64,000 bases of DNA from Magallana gigas (taxonomy: Eukaryota). The notes beneath the pieces are model-generated. The model saw only the letters and a program-made list of their open reading frames with translations, was not told where the DNA came from and did not search any database. Positions 24,329-35,700 of this stretch are shown here, piece after piece. The stretch spans positions 35,526,001-35,590,000 of the forward strand of contig NC_088858.1 in the NCBI RefSeq assembly GCF_963853765.1, in the 5' to 3' direction. Both the position numbers and the translations under genes were made by a program. Every line of letters begins with the position of its first letter. The stretch's first letter is position 1.

Positions 24329-27300
24329 ATGGTACTCGGCGATATCGCATGCCTGCAACTGGATACTGGAACTGACAGCAAGCTTAACTCTAGATAGGGG
24401 AAGAGCCTAGGATGATGATCATCACGGATAGAGATCATTGAAGGGGGAGGACTGATTCTGAATTCAATATGATACTTTATATGAAATTAAGAGATAATTT
24501 CTGTAATGGGATGGGAGAAATGATGATTGATGAACCAGACAGAAATTGAAACCCAGGCCCCCTAAATTCTTGCCAGAAGCTCTACCGACTGAGCTATCAG
24601 GTGCCGTTTTTTGATCCAGTTTGACTGTCACATTCCTCCCCCTTCAAATGATCTTTGCCTTCATAGATCATGCTTGGCTTTCCCCCCTATATCCTGGTCA
24701 CAGTACCAATTGTAACAAGATAGGAGAAATATGACAGACCAGACCGGGATTCAAACCCAGGCCCAAGAATTCTCTAGTCAGGTGCTTTAATAGCTGTAGC
24801 TTCCAGTCTGAACAAGTTTGGACAGATGACCTTGAATCAAATATTTGTACAGAATGTGTTAGGAAATAAGTTTAATCAGTAAAAAACTAGCGCAATGTTT
24901 GGTGCACTGTAAATTGCAGTAAGTAGTGAAAAATTTAGTGAAAAGTCTTATTGAGTGTTTTATTTTCATTAGTTGGCGAAAGCTCTGAGAACAGCTTCAG
25001 CTGAATTCAACAGAAGATTATGCAAGCAATGTCAAAATAACATCACACAACAAAGGTAATGCATGTGCACATATTCTGATTTTGTTCATCTTATATTTAC
25101 TCAATGTTTGATATATTATACTGGTCTCACTAATTCATATTTTGCTGTTTTTGATTTTGAATGAAAAAAAAAAAACTTCATAATCAGAAGGTACTGGTAC
25201 ATGAACAGAATGTGTATAACAACTTTCTTTAGAGTAAATAAATTTAAAAATTAAAAAAAAAAACGCTTTACCAGTATTTACTTAAAGATATATCAATTTT
25301 TATATATAATGTATCAGTAACTTATTTTTATTTAGGAGATGGTTTTCAACAGGTCCCAAGTTATTTGGTGTGTGGGAGCCAGATGGACTTGTAAGTGTTT
25401 AATTTTATACCTACATGAGTACATGTACACAAATATCAATTTATATTTGCATTTCCACTGTTCTTTCCCACTGTATGCCAATACGGAGGAGCTGCAATTA
25501 TATCTCTATAATCGCAATTGCTCTGTCTTTATACTATGACGTCATAAAGGTGTAACGTTATATATACTTTTCCATGACGTTATAGATTTAAACCACTATA
25601 CGATACATCATGTGTTTTTCTCCAACTCCATTAAAATTGACGTATTTAATATTAAAACATGTTTTTGATAACATATCAAAGGAGTTACTGTTATAACATA
25701 TCATTGATTCTGTTAACAAATCTATGTGAATTAAAAAGATACATTACAGTCTGAATGTTTACTTTTGATGTAATAGCTAAATGTAAAGGTCTAGGCTAAT
25801 ACAAGGTATTTGCGAGTAAAATGATGCAAATATAAGTAATAAACAACGATTATTTAGTGAACATGGCGTTATGAATAGCAACTGCTCTGCTGGCATATTT
25901 TCCATGATGCGCTAGCGCGCATCATGGAATATGCCAACAGAGCAATTGCTATTCATAACGCCATGTTCACTAAATAACGTTGTTTATTTCTTAAATAAGT
26001 ACTGTCCCTAATACTAATGAAAAATTTGGAAGCTCACTTTTCCACTATTTTTCTTTTGAAAGTAATACATGTACATTGTTCTGAGATCGAAAGTGATCTC
26101 CTTTAAGTACTTTATCTTGGTTGTCAAAGTAGCGCAGTGGACAATGCATTCGCTTCTCACCGCGACCAGAGTTGGAAAGTTACATAAGTTGTAGAACTTG
26201 TTATTCAGTCATTGTTAAATATTTGCATTTCCATTGTTCTTTCCCACTGTAAGCCCATACGGAGGAGCTGCAGTTATTTCTCTATAATCGCAATTGCTCT
26301 GTCAGTATACTATGACGTCATAAAGGTGTAACGTTATATATACTTTTCCATGACGTTATAGATTTAAACCACTATACGATACATCATGTGTTTTTCTCCA
26401 ACCCCATTAAAATTGACGTATTTACATGTAATATTAAAACATGTTTTTGATAACATTTTAAAGGAATTACTGTTATAACATATCATTGATTCTGTTAACA
26501 AATCTATCTGAATTAAAAAGATACATTACAGTCTGAATGTTTACTTTTGATGTAATAGCTAAATGTCAAGGTCTAGGCTAATACAGGGTATTTGCGAGTG
26601 GTAAAATGCAAATATAAGTAATAAACAACGATTATTTAGTGAACATGGCGTTATGAATAGCAACTGCTCTGCTGGCATATTTTCCATGATGCGCTAGCGC
26701 GCATCATGGAATATGCCAACAGAGCAATTGCTATTCATAACGCCATGTTCACTAAATAACGTTGTTTATTTCTTAAATAAAGTTCAGTTAAATAAGTATC
26801 TTGTTTTCGCAATTTCAGGATGAACCAAAGTTTGGTAAATACACGAAGATTGACATAAAGATGAATGGTTATGATTATGTGGTTTTGGAATCGTTTAGTA
26901 AATTTATGAAGTCCGTCAGTACCACTATGGACCTTGACATGAAAGTGTAAGTTATTTTATTATCAGCTTATGGCATGTAATTGCTTGTAGAAATATTCCT
27001 ATCTAGATCAAAAGTATTGTCATAAACTTTTTAAAATGAATGTCTTCTAGGAAAATATTTAATTCAGAGAGTAGTTTAAAAGAACAAGTGCATGAAAAGA
27101 ACAGCACATTCTTTATTAATACATACCGGTACTCAGCAAAAATAGAAAAATTTGACATAATGTTAGTTTCTCAAAACTTGATAGACACAATGATTTAACA
27201 TTTTTGTATTGTGATTTTTAAGTGAGATTCGTTACATGATTAATTCATGAATTTAGAGTGGATTATCGTATATTGTTGAGTAATATTTTTTTGGATACAT

Positions 27301-28377
27301 GTTCTCACCAAACAGTAAATGAGGTAACAGTTGAAAGGTACAGATATCTGGAGTTATATATTTTGCTATTAATAAAATTAAATACCCTATAGTGGGCTAT
27401 ACCTAATAATACACTTGCATTATTAGATAAAGGGCATTTATTTTTAATATGAGAAAAATATATAACGTCAGGTGCCTGTGTTGAAAGGCTTCGTGTTAGC
27501 AACAGTATTTTCATACTAATTGAATGGGATTTTTTTTATTTTGACAGAGTTGCTATTCCACCAAGAACCTCTTCAATAAAGACTTTCTTTGAAAACTCAA
27601 CTAAAGTTAAAGAAAATTTTAGTTTGAAAAGATATGAAAGGAAGCTACGAGTGAGTACCATTAACTTCTGTATTATAGATTACAATGACATGTATGTAAA
27701 CTGAAAACTTAATTGAAAATGGTATGCTATACAGGATTTATTTCATTTGTAATTAATTATGATCTTTTCATTTCAGTTTGACACTATTTTGTGCACAAAG
27801 TTTACTATATTTTTGGATGTCTTAAGACATAATTTACCAGCAGGAGTGGATTTCGAGTTAAAAAGCGTAAGTGAATGGAGTTTGTCATCTTGAATGTTCG
27901 TCATACCTGTGTCTCTTATCTGCTATTGTTTCATACTGGTATTTACTGTAGAATTACTTAACTTGTGACTATGTGAAAATGATTAATCTCTACCTCTTAT
28001 AAGAGTTCATGTTAATATACTAGTAAACAATGCAGATATCTTAATTAAAGGGGCCTCGATCATTAAATACATCATGATTTACCCTAGCATTTGAGAGCAA
28101 GTTCACAGGAAATGTATCAGAATATTGAAGTGCCATTTTTCGGAAATAAGTCTCATTTAACTAGCTCAAGTGAAATATCAAAATTTATGAAATGTTTTGT
28201 AAAACAGAATGGGAAAAAGATTGTTTAAATTTGATGATTTTTTTAAATTTGTAGTTCTCAAAGGAAGAGGAAGAATTCCGTTTTATACCAAGTGAAGAGA
28301 AATTATCTCTGTTAGCCAGACTTGCTTCATTAGAAAAAGAAAAATTAGAGAGAGAAAGGAGGAAAGACAAATTTTAG
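24329..28377 (+). CDS. MRPL48: Mitochondrial ribosomal protein L48 (S10-like domain), ~194 aa
   Basis: Exons: 24329-24331 (ATG only, tentative), 24973-25055, 25336-25390, 26819-26946, 27548-27650, 27777-27866, 28255-28377; all phase-consistent. Translation includes IKMNGYDYVVLESF...AIPPRT...YERKL...LRHNLPAGV, consistent with MRPL48. The N-terminus is basic and presequence-like. Confidence 0.85.
24433..24800 (-). repeat. tRNA-cored repeat with inverted ends plus a second partial unit
   Basis: gatcattgaagggggagg (24433) / cctcccccttcaaatgatc (24653). The reverse strand of 24541-24598 reads tagctcagtcggtagagc...gggtttcaat (A and B boxes). A similar partial unit lies at 24711-24800. Confidence 0.55.
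25443..25994. repeat. ~550-bp element, copy 1, ending in a ~160-bp hairpin
   Basis: Near-identical to 26219-26776. The palindrome spans 25833-25993 and is centred on catgatgcgctagcgcgcatcatg. Confidence 0.85.
26219..26776. repeat. ~550-bp element, copy 2, inserted in the tail of a truncated SINE
   Basis: Palindrome at 26615-26775, flanked by TTAA at 26215-26218 and 26773-26776. Removing it restores the SINE tail seen intact at 21170-21205. Confidence 0.8.
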
Positions 28378-28509
28378 TTCTGCCAAAAATAGATAGAATG
28401 GGAAATAATGAAATGTTTGAACATTGAGACTCAGTGTATATATTTGACATATATATTAATAAATGAGTCTTTTGATTCATGGACTGCTACATACACATAT
28501 CTTGCAATT

Positions 28510-29130
28510 TTTTTTAGTCCATCTGCCCACCTGACATCACTTGGGCCAAGGCCAAGTATATTTTTATCTCCCCTTAGTCCAGTCTTTCTTAAAGTTAACC
28601 CACAGAGTGTCTTTGGGTAAAGGGTGAACCAAGTTTGTAGGTAAGAGGTGAAGGTCATACCAGACAAGTAAAGTCCTTGTCCATAATTCCCAATTTGGCT
28701 AAAACTTCACCCACAAGGTGCCTTTGGTCAAAGCTTATGCAGTGACCTTGAAGAAGGTTTTAGGTCATAGTGTACAGTAATATCAGATCTTTTAAGAGAT
28801 TCTTGTGAAGACCATACCTATAAAGAGTGCTTGTGGGTAAAAGGTGTGAAGTGATCTTGAAACACATTTTTTAGGTCAAATGCAAAGGTCATAGGAAATC
28901 TCTTTGCAATCCAGTTTTGTTGTTCAGACTTTACTAAAAGACTGCCCTTGATTTAAGTTTCCATGTCAAATGTTAAGGTCATAGCAGGCCTCTGTGTAAA
29001 ATTTGTGTCAAGACCCTTTAGTTTTCTACTATTCTTTATCAGCTTAAAATTACACAGATGAAGTGCTTGTTGGAAGCATGATGAGCAATGATCTTGACTT
29101 ACATTTCAAAGTTGGAGGTTATATTTAAAG
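28510..29130 (+). repeat. Degenerate tandem array, probably an old Helentron-type element, between the convergent MRPL48 and WDPCP 3' ends
   Basis: Recurring gtg(c/t)(c/t)ttg..ggtaaa...gtgaccttga...aggtca motifs at roughly 120-150-bp spacing. Confidence 0.4.
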
Positions 29131-29756
29131 CAACATCATCTAAAATGTTTTCCATTCTATGTCCTATTAAAATTAAAGGAGTATTTATTTATGCTTGTTT
29201 AAACAAAAAACAAAACAAGCATTGTGTAAATTTAATAGTGAAGTTTTATTCTTCCACACATATCTAGTAACTACAGTTTCATATTAACTGATATTGATAA
29301 TAAATATTGCAGTACATGTATCTACATGAATTTTATTTATAGTACATTGTATATAGAAAATGAAAACTGCATACAGCCTTACATTTTGATATTATGCGGT
29401 GTATTACCGTTATGATTACAGGAACTGCTTTTGTGGTTGGATAAAATAGTAAAATTCTGAGGTGATTGATGCTTTCATCAAAATACAATTGTTAAAAAAA
29501 TCTGATATTTATATATTTGCAAAAAGTTTATTAATTTGAGGAGGGGGCTTTGCAAACTGAAAGCTGTTTACAGTGTACATTAATACATATGGTACAACCT
29601 CTAACCAGACACCATACACATCATCTGTGTACAACAAATGAATAAAAACAGATAATTCATGTACATGGAAGACATATGCTCTGAAAGACTTTGGTATAAG
29701 TAACATCCACATCAATGTAATGTTACACTACTCGTAAAACATTAGTATGCTGGTCC

Positions 29757-32700
29757 TCACACCACCCCAAAGTGAATGACTTTTACTGAGGCATCCTCCT
29801 CATCCTCCTCTTGATTCTGAAACAAACCATACACAGATAGATATTAAAACTCTACAAATTACATTTTGGTGTAAAATAGATGACAAAGTTATTGAAAAGA
29901 TTCTCAAAATCAAACTTTTAACAATTTTGGACAGTTTTCTTAATCATAGTATGCCTATGTACTACATTAACAGTCTAGGTTAAATTCAGTTTTTAAAACT
30001 TACCTCGCCATTCCCAGCATCAGGCAGGTCTGTAATTATAAAAGAGCTTGAATTTAAGGTCTGCTGATTTTTTGAGTGGTATCATATTGGCCTTTATATA
30101 TCCTATTCAGATACATCAACTCATAAATTACAATGCTGGAAGCTGCTGATGCTTAGATGTTAGATTTGAGGTTTTACCTTGACCTACAATTATTATATAT
30201 AATAATGTCTTGAATGCACTGACCTTGATCCTGCCAGTCGGTGTCCTCTATGTGGGAGTGAGAGAACCAGCCAGGGTCGTCCAGCTGTAGGGCCGCCGTG
30301 TAGTCGTGTATCAGGTCAGCCTCCAGTTCAAGGTCACCAAGGTAATTAGGTCTGTAAAGGTGATTTAGATAAAGTACAATAATTGTATTGACAATATTTA
30401 TTAAAGTTGGTTGAAATTGTTAATTCATTGGCAGATACATGGAAAATTGCCAAAGAATAATGTGCAAATTCTTCTACCAATATTAAACATTTTCCATTTG
30501 ATATTTTTTAAAAACTGTTAATTCCAACAAAACAAAGAATATTTTTAAGTAAAACTGCATTTGCTGAAAATTCCTAGACCCAGTAACAATTATCTAAAGC
30601 CTATTTACCAGAGCTTGTCAGCCAAATTTCCCTATCAGTCCAATACAAAAGTTTACCAGTGCTTGTGAGCACCCACTCTGCTGAACAGGCCTCCGATAGA
30701 GGTACATGTATTATCATCAGACCCTACCATCACCAAAATTTATAAATCACTTAACTCAGTCCTCAGCTCAAAGAACATAAATTTGAGGTCAAAACATGGA
30801 CTTGAGGCTGGGTATTGACTGAGGAAAGGTGGTGACTGGGGCCTGGACTAGGTTTACCTGTCTGAAAGGTCCCCATTGATGCCGTTATGTAGATGTCTGT
30901 TCTCCTGAAGAACCTGGTGCTCCCCGTGTTGCCATGGGTGTGTTCGAGAGGCTGGCAACTGTAAGAGTCATTCCATTTCACAATTTAGAAACTTTACAAA
31001 AAAATGATTAGATATTACAAACAGCAGATGAAGAAGATGAACTTTTTTGTCATGACTGGCATACCTCGTTAACATTAAAGTCGGAGTGATTCTGTGCATT
31101 GTTATTATGGTAGCCATTTTGTAACAGACCATCATCAAATCCATCAAAAGATTCTGAAAATAAAAACATTTTGGTAATCATACTTAAGTGCATGTCAATA
31201 TCATTACCTGACTCTAAATTTAAATGCACTTCTTTGCCAGATTCCTACTTTTCAAACACCTTTGAATACAGCTTACCAATGGATTCTGTCTCGACTTGTT
31301 CCGCTTTCCGTTTGGCCACCTCTGCTAATGCAGTTTCACCTTTGTCCAATGCCATGTAATGTATGTCCTTGAATATACACAACAATGATAAAAGATGAAA
31401 CCAGGTCAAGCACATTTATACATATTGTCAATGAGAGTTTAGAGTTTTACTTACCATGAACAAATCTCTTGCACCAATATCAACAGCTAGAAGGAATGCT
31501 TTATCAAATCTGGAATACCTGAAAGAGGAAAAAATTAGAGTATATATACTATATTACTTTATTAAACTGAAACAGAAAATCCATATACCGGTAACCAAAA
31601 AATTTTGATCATGTTTAATAATGTCTATATATGAAAAATTCTGGTATTCTACAAGGGGGATAACTTTTTTTAATGTACCTGAGGAGATGGTGGAAAAATC
31701 GGCGAGCCAGTCTGCTAATGGGATCTCTAAAGTCAAGGATGACGACTTCTGACAGTGGGTATTTTGGAGCATAGAATGTTCCCAACGTGGTCTCCAACTG
31801 GCCTACCATGATGAAGATCAGAAATACAGTGTACAAGCAAACATTAATACCATGAAAACAATTAATGAAAGAACATTTTATAAAATTTACAGGGAATCAC
31901 ATTGCTTCATGATTGTTGAAAATACATGTACCAATATTGTAGAGAGCATCAAAATTTTATCATAGCATGTACATGTATTGCAATCAGACATTTTTAAGGG
32001 AAATTCTTATAACAATCCCTAAAAATTTTCTATATGAAAATGACAGGTCTCACATCTTAACTGAAATAAAATACAGATATGGTACATGACTTTTTTTATT
32101 TCAATTTCCTAATAAGATGGGCTTACTTTCTCGCTCAGCATTGAGGGGAAGCCGAAGAAGGTGATTAACAATGGTGGAGAGGCTTGAGTATGCTGTAGTA
32201 CCATCCGTGTCCCAGTTCATACTGCTTAGCAATGTCACTGCCTACAACAAATAAAAGTAATTATTTAAAATCTAAAGTTCCATGATGTTAAAAATCAAAA
32301 CTAATTGTGTGGACCTTGAGCTATTTACTCAATTCATGTATTCAGTGGTGAGCTGGTACCAGTACCTACCTCATCTACCTGCCGATTCTTCAGGTACTCT
32401 TTTATCAGCTCCAGACCCGAGAAACGTTCTCTACTGACAACACCTAGATGAAGCTGAAGCAAACATGGCGGACCTCTGAAGGAGAAATTTATATGGAAGT
32501 TTAAAAACCAAATATTATAAGTCATGCTTAGTCTAGTCTTATAGTTAGCAAAAATACTATTGATTATGTATCATTTCTATTCAATGTGGTTTCTAGTACC
32601 AGTATTTACAATTTTATGAAACATGAAAAGTAAGATTTTTTTTTTTCATAAAAAAATATACTTTTCAAAATGCATGAAGAGAGCATCTGTGTAATCTCCA

Positions 32701-35700
32701 TTCCAATCCACTGAATCTGGGTCATGTTGACACCATTTGATCTCCTTCAAGGACATTTGAGATCTGCACAGAAAAAGATAAAGCCTTTAGTTGTATATCA
32801 GTGCAGCTTTTGATATGGCTTAAACACTCAACAAAAATTTGTAAACAAAAACAAACAAAAAACAAAAACTTCATCATTACTTGAAAAACTTGTGGAGCTG
32901 TAACACCCTCTGGGTCATCTGATCCTCTGAGACCAACTGAATTCTGAGAGGAGTCAAAGCCAGGTCAAATACCTACAAAATCAATGAAAACTAAGGTCAT
33001 TGATTTCAAAACCAATTGATAATATGTTCTTTAAACATTAAACTTTCTTCTTTTGAGAAGTGCTGATAGGCATTTCATCAGTATTCTCTTTCAAAATCTC
33101 TATTGAAATTGTCAACATTTTACTAACATCTGCCTATATTTGTATTTATACATGTACATTTATACAAGTGATAAAATTCTACCGGGTTAATACATGTACA
33201 TGCCTGTGTACCTGGTAATAAAACACCATTGATATTAAAAAGAATATTAATGAGAGAGAGTAGAAAAATCAAATAATATAAACTATTTGCTATTTATCAT
33301 TAAAGAGTACAATCAATTTTCAATTCTTTTATTTCTTTAAGTACACTGAGTACACACAATGTACCGTACTCATATGCTGTACCTGTAAATCTCCTCGGGC
33401 ACTTGCAGCAAAGAACACAGTTCCCTGGGGATGCCAAGCCACTGACACAGGAACCTATTGCATTAATGTTAGGAGAGAGAGAGAGTTACACAGCAAGAAT
33501 TCTTTATGGATATCAATATCTAGCTAGGCTCAATATTAATTGGTATACCCATCTCAAAGAAATATAGCTTAATTTCCTTATGATATGCAAAATATAAATG
33601 ATTTATCTAAAGAAAATTCAATCAATACATGTTTTAGTGCATTCCCTTTATGTTTCATGAGATATATACTTATCCTTGTATGGGGCAAGCATCAACTGGA
33701 TGAAATTGTGATGATGGAAGTTTTTCATCATGAGCTTTATACATTGAATACAGGGTTAAAGGTCACGATTTTGGTCAAAAATTATTTTTCTGATTTTAAT
33801 GTGTACAATGCTTCAGAAAGGCATTTTTAATAGGCAACCGAAATTTGAGTGCAATTTGTTGAGTTATAAGCGAGTTACAGAGCTTGAAATTCTTCGCTAT
33901 GTAAACAAAGCGTTTGTTTACATTTTCAACGTTGAAGTAAAAATTTCAGTTTTAAACTTAAAACGAATGTGTTAAACGTTAGGAACTGTTTATCCATGCC
34001 TAAAATAAATAAAAAGATAGACAAATAAGCTGGAAAAAGGTTTTTACTGGTATATTGACTATGTAAACAAAAACAGGGCACGAGCCTTGTTTACATGACA
34101 AAGAATTGTGAGCCCTTTATCTTGCTTATAACTTTTTGAATCACTCTCAAATTTTATTCGATTATTAGAAATGCCTTACTAAAGCATTGTAAATGATAGA
34201 AATCGAAAAATAAAATTTGACCAAAATCGTGACCATGCCCCTTTAATTTTGCCCCATGTAATTTTTGCCCTTCAACACTTGCAAACAAACTCGTCCCATC
34301 TTCAATTCATCCAGACAAGACACAGTTGTGTTTAAAGGGAGATGATTTGAGACTTTGGAATTCGCCCAGTCTTAATTTGCCCACAGACAACGAGGGCAGA
34401 AGGGGTGAAAATAAAATGGGGGGGGGGGCAAATTTTCCCTGTAAACAGTACCAGACTGTGAATAATTGCTTACCACTGAAGCTCTGATCATTAGTGTTGC
34501 CTTCCTCACTTCATCATACAGAACCTACCATTAAATACAATGTTTATACTGTATTCAATGGGTAAAATGTACAAATAAAATACCAAGATAACATCAATTG
34601 ATAATTACTTCAGGATAAAACAAACAAAAAATAATTTTTTTCCAGAAATTTCACTCACCAGTGAGCCATCAGAACATCCGAGAACCAGTTTATCTTCACT
34701 GGGATTGCGACACTGACAGATCACATGACTTTTGAGGGGTATGCTGGTCACACTTATTCTCTGAATCTAAAAGTATAAATGGTTGTTCACGGTGTATTTC
34801 TAACAAAACAGCAATAAGATTTTCTCAAATCCTCATGAATAAAGTACCGGGTTTGCATAAAGTAAAAGAGAGCAGCATACCTTTCCCTGCACTATCTCAT
34901 ATGTGCAGCACTGAGCAGTTGTGTCCCCGCCCCCACTCATAGCCTGCTCCACTGTGAACACTCTGTGTGGCTGTAGAGAACTAAATGACAAAAACTCCGT
35001 CATTTAACAGTAATATAACAGAGGTGTGATCAAGCTAAACACTTTATTAATCTGTTGTAGATTTTTTATATTGCGGTACAAGTAATTTGATCCCATATCT
35101 GCATACCTGAAACCAGCATATATAGGATCACACTCTGTCCTGGCAAAGGTCAACACATCAATGTTAGGTCTGTAAAATAAAACATGAAAACTCAAAAATA
35201 TGCTTCAAATTCTGTGCAAAAAGTTAAAACAATTTATAGAACTGACAATAAAGATAGTCAATTTAATTTAATTTAATGCTTTAATTAACATTTTTTTTTC
35301 AAATGATATCTGTAAATCCCGCAACTAAGAATGACTACTGACCCGTGTAATGATAAGACGATCATGTTGGCTCGGTCTTTTTCTGAGGACATAGGGGACC
35401 AGGGCCATGCTTCCTCACTGGATGTAGGCCACCACACCAACAGCTAAAAAACAAATATTTGATATACATGTTATCACTACCTATCAGCTGGAGAAATTAT
35501 TAATGGTACCTAATTTGGTTATTTTTATTTCATAAACCAAAAGAAAGGTTGCAAGTTCAATATCACTTATACATGTACAGCCCATAGCTCACCCCCCCCC
35601 CCCCAAAAAAAAAAACCAACAATATTGGATATGGCTAAAATGGTACTACTGCCCTAGCAGGGAAATATTTTTTTCCTCTGAATTCAATCTCACACCATGT

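Noticed and set aside
17002-28377. Conserved synteny with the human MEA1-KLHDC3-MRPL2 neighbourhood
   Set aside because: The neighbours here are a BTB-kelch gene and MRPL48, which are not orthologs of KLHDC3 or MRPL2. The resemblance is superficial.
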